Assembly: GCA_964613815.1 (NCBI GenBank)
Contig: CAZTKG010000002.1
Location: 118,299-182,298, forward strand
Source of the DNA: an uncultured Gammaproteobacteria bacterium
Lineage (GTDB): Bacteria > Patescibacteriota > Patescibacteriia > UBA9934
Direction of reading: 5' to 3'
DNA length: 64,000 nucleotides
Of this stretch, positions 53,282-63,362 are shown piece after piece (the stretch's first letter is position 1; each line of letters begins with the position of its first letter). Made by a program: the position numbers and the translations under genes. Below the pieces are notes generated by a model that had not been told where the DNA came from, ran no database searches, and saw only the letters and a list, made by a program, of their open reading frames with translations.

Positions 53282-55317
53282 CAAATTTCAAAGATAAGAC
53301 TCAGCTCATTTGGAGTATTGCAGATATTCTCCGTGGTGGATGGAAGCAACATGAGTATCAAGATGTCATTCTTCCTCTTGTTGTTATCAAGCGTTTAGAT
53401 CTCCTCCTCTCCTCAACAAAGAAGTCTGTGCTCGAGCAATATAACGAGCTAAGTGGAGAGATTAATGACCTTGATCCAATTCTCAAGGCAACATCTGGAG
53501 TCGGTTTTTATAATATCTCTGAATATGACTTTGAGTCACTTCTTGAAGACCCTGCTGGCATTGCACAGAACTTTAGAAATTATTTAAACAAGTTTAGTGA
53601 AAATATTACTGACATTATTGAGAAGTTTGATTTTGATCGTCAGCTAGATCGTCTTGATGGAGGAAATCTCTTGTATGAAATTATAAAGGTCATAAATAAA
53701 GTTGACCTTCATCCGGATCGTGTAGACAATCATGAGATGGGGTCCATCTTTGAGGAGCTTATTAGAAAATTTGCGGAACAATCGAATGAGACCGCTGGGG
53801 AGCATTACACGCCACGCGATGTGATTAAAGTCATGGTCGAAGTTCTCTTCGCACCAGACCAAAAAAAACTCCAAAAAGAACATCTTATTAAAACCGTCTA
53901 CGATTGTGCTTGTGGTACTGGTGGGATGCTCTCTGTTGCAAAGGATCACATAAAAGATGAGATTAAAAGTGATGCAGACATCTACCTTTACGGACAAGAG
54001 CTCAACCCTGTCACCTACGCTATGTGTAAGGCGGACATGCTGATTAAGGGTGAGGACCCGAATAATATTAAAGGTGGAGAAAAAGATCATTCACTGGCAA
54101 GCACACTTGCAAATGATCAGTTTTTTGGAAAGGACTTTGACTATATGCTTACAAACCCTCCTTTTGGAGTGGATTGGAAAAAAGACAAGCAAACTGTTGA
54201 GCGAGAGGCTGAACGTGGATTTGCTGGGCGTTTTGGTGCGGGGACACCGCGTGTATCAGATGGACAATTGCTTTTTCTACAACATCTTATTTCAAAAATG
54301 AGACCAGAACATGATGGTGGGTCGCGCTTAGGAATTGTTTTTAATGGCTCACCACTATTTACTGGTGATGCAGGAAGCGGAGAGAGTGAAATTCGTAGAT
54401 GGATTTTAGAGAACGATTGGCTTGAAACAATAATCGCGCTTCCTGATCAGCTATTTTTCAACACAGGTATCCCAACATACCTTTGGTTTATTACGAACCG
54501 AAAATCAGATGAGCGTAAAGGTAAGGTGCAGATTGTAGACGCTCGAGGCTTCTGTAAAAAAATACGAAAGAGTCTCGGAAACAAACGTAATGAGATTACG
54601 GAAGATGATCGGAAAAAGATCATTGAACTTTATTCGTCATTTGAAGAAAATGAACACTCAAAGATTTTCAACAATGAAGACTTTGGATACCGACAGATCA
54701 CCGTGGAACGACCTCTTCGATTGAACTTTCAGGTAAATGAGGAGCGGTTGAAAAATCTGACCTTGGATAAATTTCTCACCACTGGTGAAAAAAAAGCAAC
54801 AAAATTACAACTACAGCGAGCTGCTATTTGTCGAATATTAACCAATGCAGTTTTACCGAAGATGTCAAAAAAACTGTACAAAAATCGTCAGGAATTTATC
54901 AGTGACCTGACCGATACATACAACTCCATTGGTGATCTAGATACTCCACTACCACAGCCGATATTAAAAGCAGTGATTGAATCACTTTCAGAACAGGATG
55001 ATACGGCAGATATTTGTATGGACAGCAAGGGCAACTCTGAAGCACATGCAAGCTTACGTGACACAGAAAATATTCCACTCGATCAAAATATTCAGGAGTA
55101 TTTCAATAAAGAAGTAAAGCCTTATGTTACGGATGCTTGGATCAATGAAAGTAAAAAAGATCACAAGGATAAAAAGATCGGGAAAGTTGGATATGAGATT
55201 CCTGTGACAAGATTTTTTTACAAATACAATACCCCAAGATCATTGAAAGATATTGAAATCGATATTCAAAAAACAGAGCAAGAGCTTGTTGATCTTCTTA
55301 AACAGATGTCTGTATGA
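53278..55317 (+). CDS. hsdM: Type I restriction-modification system, methyltransferase (M) subunit
   Basis: N-terminal HsdM domain (LIWSIADILRG), AdoMet motif I (DCACGTGGML) and motif IV NPPFG (LTNPPFGVDW). Confidence 0.9.
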   Translation: MTNFKDKTQLIWSIADILRGGWKQHEYQDVILPLVVIKRLDLLLSSTKKSVLEQYNELSGEINDLDPILKATSGVGFYNISEYDFESLLEDPAGIAQNFRNYLNKFSENITDIIEKFDFDRQLDRLDGGNLLYEIIKVINKVDLHPDRVDNHEMGSIFEELIRKFAEQSNETAGEHYTPRDVIKVMVEVLFAPDQKKLQKEHLIKTVYDCACGTGGMLSVAKDHIKDEIKSDADIYLYGQELNPVTYAMCKADMLIKGEDPNNIKGGEKDHSLASTLANDQFFGKDFDYMLTNPPFGVDWKKDKQTVEREAERGFAGRFGAGTPRVSDGQLLFLQHLISKMRPEHDGGSRLGIVFNGSPLFTGDAGSGESEIRRWILENDWLETIIALPDQLFFNTGIPTYLWFITNRKSDERKGKVQIVDARGFCKKIRKSLGNKRNEITEDDRKKIIELYSSFEENEHSKIFNNEDFGYRQITVERPLRLNFQVNEERLKNLTLDKFLTTGEKKATKLQLQRAAICRILTNAVLPKMSKKLYKNRQEFISDLTDTYNSIGDLDTPLPQPILKAVIESLSEQDDTADICMDSKGNSEAHASLRDTENIPLDQNIQEYFNKEVKPYVTDAWINESKKDHKDKKIGKVGYEIPVTRFFYKYNTPRSLKDIEIDIQKTEQELVDLLKQMSV

Positions 55318-56564
55318 ACAAACTTGAGCGATTGAAATTTTCGGTGAACATCAATCCGAGCAAAAAAGAGATTCCAAATTTACCAGATGATACAGATGTT
55401 GCCTTTTTGCCTATGGAAGCTGTTTCAACGAAGGGTAAAGTAAAGCCAGTTACACGCAGCTTGTGCGAGGTGTCACAAGGGTATACATATTTTCGAGATG
55501 GGGATGTCGTGATGGCAAAAATTACTCCTTGTTTTGAGAATGGTAAGGGTGCGGTCATACAAAAGCTTTTGAATGGATTCGGATTTGGTTCAACGGAATT
55601 TGTTGTATTCCGTCCTCAAAATATAGACACCAAGTATCTATATTACATAATTTCATCTAATCATTTTAGAAAAACGGGAAAGATGGAAATGCGTGGATCG
55701 GCAGGGCAACAGCGTGTGCCAGAAACGTTTATTTCAAATTATCTTATTGAAAAAATATCTATTAGTGAACAAAAAAAGAGGGTTAATTTTCTCGATGAGA
55801 AGACGGTGTTAATTGATGTGGTTATAAAAAAGAAACAGAAACAGATTGAGCTCCTTAAAGAAAAACGTGCTGCTCTTATTGCTCAGTCTGTTACAAAAGG
55901 ACTTAATCCGAATGTGAAGATGAAAGATTCTGGTGATGAGTGGATCGGTGAGATTCCTGAAGAATGGAAAATGCTTAAACTCAAGCAACTAACTAATCAT
56001 CCTTTTCAGTACGGTTTGAACGAATCCGCGATTGAAAACATTTCAGGTGACCCTAGATATATTCGTATTACAGATATTGATGCCGATGGGGGTTTACGAA
56101 ATTCCTCAATCAAAACCATGAGCAAGGTCAAAGCTAAAGGATATTTCTTAAAAGATGGAGATATGTTATTTGCGCGATCTGGAGCAACAGCTGGCAAATC
56201 TTTTATCTATAAGGAAAGATATGGAGCAAGTTGCTTTGCTGGATACTTAATCCGATTCATGCCAGATCGAAGAAAACTATTGCCCGATTATATTAACTTT
56301 ATCACTCAATCTACCTATTACGAGAACTGGAAGGACAGTATTTTTATTCAATCTACTATTCCAAATATTAGCGCGGACAAGTATAAGGGTTTTTTAGTCC
56401 CGGTTCCCTCAGTAGATGAACAGGAAGAAATAGTGACATATCTGAATCAGAATACCGAAATTATTGATATGACAATCAGTAAGATTCAAAAGTCGATCAA
56501 ACTAATTCAAGAATATCGTTCCTCACTAATCTCGCATGCGGTGACTGGAAAAATTGTTGTATGA
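55314..56564 (+). CDS. hsdS: Type I restriction-modification system, specificity (S) subunit
   Basis: Two target-recognition domains separated by a conserved central helix, with a C-terminal conserved repeat. Its start overlaps the hsdM stop. Confidence 0.85.
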   Translation: MNKLERLKFSVNINPSKKEIPNLPDDTDVAFLPMEAVSTKGKVKPVTRSLCEVSQGYTYFRDGDVVMAKITPCFENGKGAVIQKLLNGFGFGSTEFVVFRPQNIDTKYLYYIISSNHFRKTGKMEMRGSAGQQRVPETFISNYLIEKISISEQKKRVNFLDEKTVLIDVVIKKKQKQIELLKEKRAALIAQSVTKGLNPNVKMKDSGDEWIGEIPEEWKMLKLKQLTNHPFQYGLNESAIENISGDPRYIRITDIDADGGLRNSSIKTMSKVKAKGYFLKDGDMLFARSGATAGKSFIYKERYGASCFAGYLIRFMPDRRKLLPDYINFITQSTYYENWKDSIFIQSTIPNISADKYKGFLVPVPSVDEQEEIVTYLNQNTEIIDMTISKIQKSIKLIQEYRSSLISHAVTGKIVV

Positions 56565-58318
56565 GCTTGAGTGGTAAGAAAAATTTTTCGATCTACAAAG
56601 CCAAACAGGGTGTGGTTGATCAATTTTTGAATTCGGAAGACTCCTTAGATGATCATATTTTAGGTCTTTTAAATGAGCGGAAAGCCAAAACAAAACAATA
56701 CAGTTCGTTCGAAGTCCAACTTGATGACGATGTGCAAGAAAATTGGAGCATCTCCCTCAGTCATAGAGTGCACAGCAGTCATAGTAGCTGGAATACAATT
56801 TTACAAAGTTTAAATCAGGGCATTGATGCATTGTCACGAGATGAGCACGACTTCATTATTAGTGTTTTTAACGGTGAGGCGATTTACTTTGTTTCAGGTG
56901 GTTATGCATATAACGATTTAATCGATTTTGTAGATATCAATTTTCCTTTGGAACTTTTGAAACGAATTGTCGATCCATCTGCTATTAAGGCTGCAAAAAG
57001 TCGGGCGCTCACGGGTCAGTTTTTTGCCAAAGATTTGTACTTTCGTGGGCCGGCTTCAATCGCGGGCGTCGAGGGATTCGGTCAGGTTTGGAAGGAAGTA
57101 CATGCACGTTTGGACGAAGATTTTTTAAACGATCCTGACATTGTTTCGATTTTCGGATCCGTAAAGAAGATCAATGTTACGACAAAAGCAAATTTTCAAA
57201 TAAAGAGAAAAATTGACTTTGCTGGCTTATTGTCATTAATAGAAAAGCTACATCAGTATTTGCAAAGAGTCCTTGATCCTGATGTTAAACATTTATTCTC
57301 GTTCTTGGATGGCGTAGAACTTGTACGCAGTGGTCAGCTGAAAGCGAAACTAGCAAAACACGTTTCAGAAATCTGTTTAGATAACATGGTGAATGATACT
57401 AGATACGATTTTGATGTAAGTCATAGGAATTACGAGAAGTATTTCAGTGCTGATGTTTATGTGCTTATAAAAGATCGTTCCCGCCTACAGGAATTTCAAC
57501 ACGAGCCTACATATAATGAAATCATTGATGTTCTGAATAGCGAAGTTTCTGATTTAGAGGAACTCGGAAAAGTGAACCTAAAATCAGAACATGAGTTAGA
57601 ATATGAGGATACTTCTGGTTCTTTTAACTCACATTTACATGGAGAAATAGAACTAGAAAATCAAAAGTATTTCCTGATTGATGGAGATTATTATCGAGTG
57701 AATACTTCATTTCTGGATTTTGTAAAAAGACAATACGACACACGTATCATCAATGGCTGTTTGAGCGACCAATCTGTATTGTCGTCTCTAACATTAAATT
57801 CCGGATGGCTTGAGGCGGACTATAATGAAGGTTTCGTGAATGATTCTGGTGTCATCGTTGGTGACAGATTCCTTTACAAGAACATCGAGTTATTTGATCT
57901 GCTTGCAGCGAATCACGAAGAGAAAAAGATATATGTTTTCCAGAATAAGATTGGTATTGGAGCTGGTACAAGAGATGCTTGCTCTCAGATTAGAAATGCG
58001 GCCAACATAATTTCTCAAATGCAGGTCGAGAGGGATGATACCTCGGTGAAGGATTTGTTCTCAAAAATTTCCGTTAGTAATGTTAGTTATGCAGGAGTAA
58101 AGATCTCTGAACAAACAGGCATGCTTGGCGAGGATGACTTTGTTAATCTATTTAGAGGCGAGTACGAAATTATATATGTACTTAATTTGTTAAAAACTGA
58201 TATCGATAAGGTTAAGCAAACGGAATCAAATATCGCAAAATTTGAAATCTTGTCTTTGGAAGAGCACCTGAAAACAAAAGGAGCATCTCTCATAATATTA
58301 GCAACGAATTTAGATTGA
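56561..58318 (+). CDS. Uncharacterised 585-aa protein embedded between hsdS and hsdR (candidate R-M-associated defence/abortive-infection gene)
   Basis: Its start (ATGA) overlaps the hsdS stop and its stop overlaps the hsdR start, so it is translationally coupled. No Walker A/B, no PD-(D/E)xK or HEPN motif recognised by eye. Confidence 0.75.
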   Translation: MSLSGKKNFSIYKAKQGVVDQFLNSEDSLDDHILGLLNERKAKTKQYSSFEVQLDDDVQENWSISLSHRVHSSHSSWNTILQSLNQGIDALSRDEHDFIISVFNGEAIYFVSGGYAYNDLIDFVDINFPLELLKRIVDPSAIKAAKSRALTGQFFAKDLYFRGPASIAGVEGFGQVWKEVHARLDEDFLNDPDIVSIFGSVKKINVTTKANFQIKRKIDFAGLLSLIEKLHQYLQRVLDPDVKHLFSFLDGVELVRSGQLKAKLAKHVSEICLDNMVNDTRYDFDVSHRNYEKYFSADVYVLIKDRSRLQEFQHEPTYNEIIDVLNSEVSDLEELGKVNLKSEHELEYEDTSGSFNSHLHGEIELENQKYFLIDGDYYRVNTSFLDFVKRQYDTRIINGCLSDQSVLSSLTLNSGWLEADYNEGFVNDSGVIVGDRFLYKNIELFDLLAANHEEKKIYVFQNKIGIGAGTRDACSQIRNAANIISQMQVERDDTSVKDLFSKISVSNVSYAGVKISEQTGMLGEDDFVNLFRGEYEIIYVLNLLKTDIDKVKQTESNIAKFEILSLEEHLKTKGASLIILATNLD

Positions 58319-61272
58319 TTATGACTACTAACATAAAAGAAATTGGATTTGAGGAGTTTATTGAACAATTCCTCGTTGAGCAAAATGGATACAGATCTCG
58401 TCCAGCAAGTAAATATCTGAAGAATCTCTGCATGGATTGGGAGGCGGTTTTAGAATTTATTGAAAACACTCAATCCGAGAAATTGGATCGCTTGATGGAA
58501 ATCCATGGCGATCAGATCAATGACAAATTGTTTAATAGGTTGGATAAGGAGATTCGTGAGCGCGGGACTTTGGATGTGCTTCGTAACGGTTTTTCAGATC
58601 ATGGGCAAAATATAGATCTCGCATATTTCAAACCAAACTCTGGGATGAATCCTGACAGTCAACGTTTGTATGATGGAAATATCTTGAGTGTCATGCGGCA
58701 GGTGCATTACAGCACACAGAATGAAAACTCTATTGATATCATTTTGTTTTTGAATGGACTACCTATTTTTACAGTTGAGTTGAAAAATCAATTAACGGGA
58801 CAGACTGTAAAGAATGCGATCCAGCAATATCGTGTTGATCGTGATCAAAAAGAACCGCTACTGCAGTTTAAACGCTGTCTTGCTCACTTTGCTGTTGATA
58901 CCGAATTGGTTTATATGACCACGCAATTGCGAGGGCTTAAAACATTCTTCCTGCCATTTAATAAAGGTTATCAAAATGGTGAAGGAAATCCGCCGGTAGA
59001 AAATGGGTACAAAACGTCTTATCTTTGGGAAGATGTGTGGCGGAAGGATAGTGTTTTAGAGTTGGTAAAGAAATTCATCAATATTCAAGTAGAGATAAAG
59101 GAAGATGAGCGTGGTAGACAATACCGTGATGAAAAGCTTATCTTTCCTCGTTACCACCAACGTGACACCGTAAAACGATTGGTGGAAGGCTCACAACAGA
59201 ATGGATCAGGGCAAAATTATTTGATCCAACACAGTGCTGGGAGTGGAAAGAGTAATACAATCGCGTGGACCGCTCATAGGCTTTCCGAGCTTTATGGAGA
59301 TGATAACAAGAAAGTTTTTGACACCATTCTTGTGATCACAGATCGGCGTGTCCTTGATAAACAATTGCGGGATACGATCATTCAGTTTGAACAAGTACAA
59401 GGTGTTGTAAAACCAATAACAGAGAGTTCTTCAGAGTTAAAAGAGGCTCTTGAATCCGGAGAAAAGATCATTATTACAACGTTGCAAAAATTTCCGTTTA
59501 TCATAGATGCGATTGAATCTATTCCAGGGAGGAACTTCGCGGTACTGATTGATGAGGCACATTCTTCTCAGTCAGGTGATCAGGCAGCTCAATTGCGTGA
59601 AGTACTTCAGGTAGACAATTTGGATGACGCCGAGACTCAAGAGGAATCATTTCTTCCAGAAACAAGCGAAGACAAAGTTTTAAAGAAGCTTCGAAGTCGT
59701 AAGGTAAAAACACCGAATATAAGTTTCTTTGCGTTTACAGCTACTCCAAAGCAAAAGACACTCGAATTATTTGGAACAAAAAATCCTTTGGACGGAAAAT
59801 ATTATCCGTTTAGTTTGTATTCCATGAAGCAGGCAGTTGAAGAAGGGTTTATTTTAGATGTGCTGAAAAATTACACAACGTATAAAGCCTTCTTTAATTT
59901 ATTGAAATCAATTGAAGATGATCCTGAGTTTGAGAAAAGTAAGGCACAGAGACTTCTAGTTGGATATGTCGAAAAACACGAACATGCTATCGCAAGAAAG
60001 ACTGAAGTCATGGTAGAACATTTTCGAAATCGCATTGCAAAGCAAATTCATGGAAAGGCAAAATCAATGGTTGTAACAAAGTCACGTTTGCATGCTGTTC
60101 GTTACAAACAGGCTTTTGATAAATACTTGTCGGAGCATAATTACCCATTCAAAACACTGGTTGCATTTTCAGGGACTGTACGTGATGGTGATGAGGAGTA
60201 TACAGAAGCACAGATGAACGGTGTTTCCGATCAGGTTACTGCTGAGGAATTTAAAAAGGATGGTTATAAATTTTTGATTGTTGCGGAAAAGTTTCAGACA
60301 GGTTTCGATCAGCCATTACTCAACGCAATGTATGTGGATAAAAAATTGAGTGGTGTTGGTGCAGTTCAGACATTGGGTAGATTGAATCGATCGCGCTCCG
60401 GTAAGAATGAGGTATTTGTTTTGGACTTTGTAAATGAGATGGAAGAGATTAAGGAAGCTTTCCAGCCCTACCACATCACAACTGTGCTTTCTGAGGGGAC
60501 AGATCCAAACCTGTTACATGACCTAGAGAGAGATCTTTATGCCTACAAACTTTTCACCCAGCATGAGGTGGCTGGATTTGTAAGTGATTTTTTACGTGGT
60601 GCTGGACCTGACAAAATCAATTCGGTACTAGATGTTGTAGTTGATAGGTTTTTGGATGAAGCAACAGAAGTTCAGAATGATTTTAAAAAGAAATGTAAGG
60701 AGTTCGTACGTCGGTATGCATTTGCTTCACAGATCATTCCGTTTGAAAGCACTGAACTGGAAAAATTATTCATGTTCACAAAGTTGCTTTCAAAAAAATT
60801 ACCTAGGTCAAAAGAAGAATTGCCAATTGAGGTTTTGGAGAGTGTTGATATTGAATCATATAAATTACTCGAACAAACAAAAGGGACCATTAAATTGGAT
60901 TCAGAAGATGGTGAACTTGAACCAATGCAGAGTGGCGATACGCAAAAAAAACTTGAAGAAAAGGAATCGCTGTCGACTATTGTAAAAGAAATAAACGACA
61001 GATTTGGGACAGAGTTTACCTCAAAAGATGTTGTAATAATTAATCAGTTGGGTGAGCGACTTGTTGAAGATGCGTCATTGCAGGGATCTATAAAAACAAA
61101 TTCAATTGACACTGCAAAGATAAAATTTGATCAAGTCTTGCAAACAGAGTTGGTGGGTATGTTGAAACAACACATGGACTTCTATAAAAAGCTGGATAAG
61201 AACCCTGAGCTCAAGTCATATTTTGGAGACAGGATGTATAGTCATGTACGTAAAGAGGTTGTCAAAAATTAG
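58315..61272 (+). CDS. hsdR: Type I restriction enzyme, restriction (R) subunit
   Basis: N-terminal nuclease region, SF2 helicase motifs (GSGKSNT Walker A, DEAH-like DEAH at VLIDEAHSSQ, QTLGRLNR motif VI) and a C-terminal helical domain. Confidence 0.9.
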   Translation: MIMTTNIKEIGFEEFIEQFLVEQNGYRSRPASKYLKNLCMDWEAVLEFIENTQSEKLDRLMEIHGDQINDKLFNRLDKEIRERGTLDVLRNGFSDHGQNIDLAYFKPNSGMNPDSQRLYDGNILSVMRQVHYSTQNENSIDIILFLNGLPIFTVELKNQLTGQTVKNAIQQYRVDRDQKEPLLQFKRCLAHFAVDTELVYMTTQLRGLKTFFLPFNKGYQNGEGNPPVENGYKTSYLWEDVWRKDSVLELVKKFINIQVEIKEDERGRQYRDEKLIFPRYHQRDTVKRLVEGSQQNGSGQNYLIQHSAGSGKSNTIAWTAHRLSELYGDDNKKVFDTILVITDRRVLDKQLRDTIIQFEQVQGVVKPITESSSELKEALESGEKIIITTLQKFPFIIDAIESIPGRNFAVLIDEAHSSQSGDQAAQLREVLQVDNLDDAETQEESFLPETSEDKVLKKLRSRKVKTPNISFFAFTATPKQKTLELFGTKNPLDGKYYPFSLYSMKQAVEEGFILDVLKNYTTYKAFFNLLKSIEDDPEFEKSKAQRLLVGYVEKHEHAIARKTEVMVEHFRNRIAKQIHGKAKSMVVTKSRLHAVRYKQAFDKYLSEHNYPFKTLVAFSGTVRDGDEEYTEAQMNGVSDQVTAEEFKKDGYKFLIVAEKFQTGFDQPLLNAMYVDKKLSGVGAVQTLGRLNRSRSGKNEVFVLDFVNEMEEIKEAFQPYHITTVLSEGTDPNLLHDLERDLYAYKLFTQHEVAGFVSDFLRGAGPDKINSVLDVVVDRFLDEATEVQNDFKKKCKEFVRRYAFASQIIPFESTELEKLFMFTKLLSKKLPRSKEELPIEVLESVDIESYKLLEQTKGTIKLDSEDGELEPMQSGDTQKKLEEKESLSTIVKEINDRFGTEFTSKDVVIINQLGERLVEDASLQGSIKTNSIDTAKIKFDQVLQTELVGMLKQHMDFYKKLDKNPELKSYFGDRMYSHVRKEVVKN

Positions 61273-61281
61273 CCGCTGTCT

Positions 61282-61956
61282 ATGTTGAAAAGTACCGAAC
61301 ACATCCTCAGGGAAGCATCTGAAAATTTTGCCAAATCCATAGCACAAATACAGGAGCCTTTTAAGAAATTTGAAAGAACCATTGCATCATTTACAGAACC
61401 TATTCGAAAATTTGAGGAGCAAATAAAGCAACAACAAGATGCATTTGCTCAAATGAATAAATTTTTGGCCGCTGTTGATCTACCCAAAATAGTCGCTAGC
61501 GACATATTAGATGCATGGGCTGTTCAAGGCGTAGATATTGATGAATATGTTGAAAACTCTGCTGAGCTTGCAGAAGATTTGAGTTACGATTTTGCTGAAT
61601 CTCTTGAGGAGGTCATTGAAAAGCATTCAAAAGAAACTGGCACCACTCAAATTCGACTTACCTCCAATGGAAGAATGTTTCATATTGATTCCCCTGATAA
61701 GGACCATGAACTATCTGAACAAATGGAAAAATTCTTTCGTGCACTGAAGAAAGGGTTTACTGCAACAGACAAACTTGTCACTGTGAGCGGCTATGCGACT
61801 GAGCGCAGTCTACGAACTGCGGCCAATAAGTTGAATCGTTTAGGTCGCGGAAAATTAGGTTTGAGCGTTCCGATTGCCGTTGGTAAGCGAGGAAAGGGCT
61901 ACAGATTGGGGAGGCGTATTCATGTTCATAGGTTACCAAACAAGCTCGATAGATAG
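61282..61956 (+). CDS. Hypothetical protein (224 aa) downstream of hsdR
   Basis: Clean ORF with a basic C-terminal tail (GRGKLGLSVPIAVGKRGKGYRLGRR). Followed by a strong terminator. Confidence 0.45.
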   Translation: MLKSTEHILREASENFAKSIAQIQEPFKKFERTIASFTEPIRKFEEQIKQQQDAFAQMNKFLAAVDLPKIVASDILDAWAVQGVDIDEYVENSAELAEDLSYDFAESLEEVIEKHSKETGTTQIRLTSNGRMFHIDSPDKDHELSEQMEKFFRALKKGFTATDKLVTVSGYATERSLRTAANKLNRLGRGKLGLSVPIAVGKRGKGYRLGRRIHVHRLPNKLDR

Positions 61957-61972
61957 ATACAGTGGATAACTA

Positions 61973-62007
61973 ACAAAAAATCACCTAACTTTAGGTGATT
62001 TTTTGTT
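61973..62007 (+). terminator. Rho-independent terminator AAAAAATCACCTAACTTTAGGTGATTTTTTG
   Basis: Perfect hairpin with T-run. Confidence 0.8.
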
Positions 62008-62089
62008 AGCGAGACTAGATGGGTGCTGTATGTCCGATGTACGAGACTAAATGGGATGATTCCTTTGTAAATCACTTAAAACAAGGAAT

Positions 62090-63361
62090 ATGTCCACAGA
62101 GATTTCAATTCAATACATCAGCATTGATGTTCTTAAATCGGCAGAGTACAACCCTCGTTCTTGGGATGAACATGCGAAAGAGAAACTTAAAGCAAGTATC
62201 AAACAGCACGGATTCTGCGATCCGATTATTGTGAACGGCTCATCAGAACGGAAGAACATTATTATTGGTGGACACTTTCGAACCGAGTGTGCACGCGAGC
62301 TAGGATTCACGGAAGTCCCCGTTGTATACGTCAACCTCACTCTTGAACAAGAAAAGGCGCTCAACCTTCGTCTTAACAGAACGGGTGGAGAATGGAACTT
62401 CGAGATGCTAAAAGAATTCGATATTGGCTTGCTTTTGGATGTCGGATTTGATGATCAAGACCTCTCAAACATCTGGGATGACATCCTACCTATTGAAGAT
62501 GATGACTTTAATGTCGAGGAGACCGTTAACGACACAAGAGAACCCACCACCCAACCTGGCGATCTGTTTCAGCTCGGGAATCACCGTCTTCTCTGTTCAG
62601 ATTCGACAGACATTGAATCAGTAAAACGTCTCGTTGGAAACCAGAGGATCGACATGATCTTCTGCGACCCTCCGTACAACATTGGGTTCAGTTATAAAAA
62701 TGGACTTACAACAAAAGGAAAATACGGAGGCAAGATAGACGATTCAAAAACAGATGAGGATTATCGGAAATTCATTCAATCCACCATGGTCAACGCTCTT
62801 GCAGTGACGAAGTCTGATTCACACGTCTTCTATTGGTGTGATCAGAAATATATCGGACTCATGCAATCTCTGTACGAGGATCTCGGTGTTGTAAACAGAC
62901 GTGTGTGTCTATGGATCAAAAATAATTTCAACATGACGCCACAGGTTGCGTTCAACAAAGCATACGAGCCCTGTGTCTACGGCACGGTCGGTTCACCGTA
63001 TCTCAATCCGGATGTGACGAATTTGCATGAAATTACCAACAAAGAAGTTGCTTCGGGCAATCGGTGCCTTGATGACATTATTGATCTGTTTGACATCTGG
63101 TTAGCGAAACGCGATAGCGCCAATGAGTACCAACACCCTACGCAAAAGCCCTTAACGCTCTGTGAGAAGCCCCTAAGGCGTTGCACAAAACCTGGAGACA
63201 ACGTCCTGGACTTGTTCGGGGGTAGCGGTAGTGTGTTGCTGGCTTGTGAACAGATGAAGCGTCGAGCATTTATATGTGAGTGTGATCCAGTTTTTTGTGA
63301 CGTAATCCTGCGCCGCTTCGAAGAAATGACCGGTATCAAGGCTAAGAAAATAAATGACTAA
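62090..63361 (+). CDS. ParB-like nuclease domain fused to a DNA methyltransferase (N6-adenine/N4-cytosine, beta-class)
   Basis: N-terminal ParB/Srx-like domain (IIVNG...IIGGHFR). The methyltransferase domain has a DPPY motif (IFCDPPYNIGF) and AdoMet motif I (LDLFGGSGSVLLA). Confidence 0.8.
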   Translation: MSTEISIQYISIDVLKSAEYNPRSWDEHAKEKLKASIKQHGFCDPIIVNGSSERKNIIIGGHFRTECARELGFTEVPVVYVNLTLEQEKALNLRLNRTGGEWNFEMLKEFDIGLLLDVGFDDQDLSNIWDDILPIEDDDFNVEETVNDTREPTTQPGDLFQLGNHRLLCSDSTDIESVKRLVGNQRIDMIFCDPPYNIGFSYKNGLTTKGKYGGKIDDSKTDEDYRKFIQSTMVNALAVTKSDSHVFYWCDQKYIGLMQSLYEDLGVVNRRVCLWIKNNFNMTPQVAFNKAYEPCVYGTVGSPYLNPDVTNLHEITNKEVASGNRCLDDIIDLFDIWLAKRDSANEYQHPTQKPLTLCEKPLRRCTKPGDNVLDLFGGSGSVLLACEQMKRRAFICECDPVFCDVILRRFEEMTGIKAKKIND

Positions 63362-63362
63362 T

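Noticed and set aside
56561-58318. Assigning the hsdS-hsdR embedded gene as PrrC/RloC-type anticodon nuclease
   Set aside because: No ABC-ATPase Walker A/B or LSGGQ-like motifs and no recognisable ACNase region are present. Only the positional analogy holds, so it is reported as unknown.
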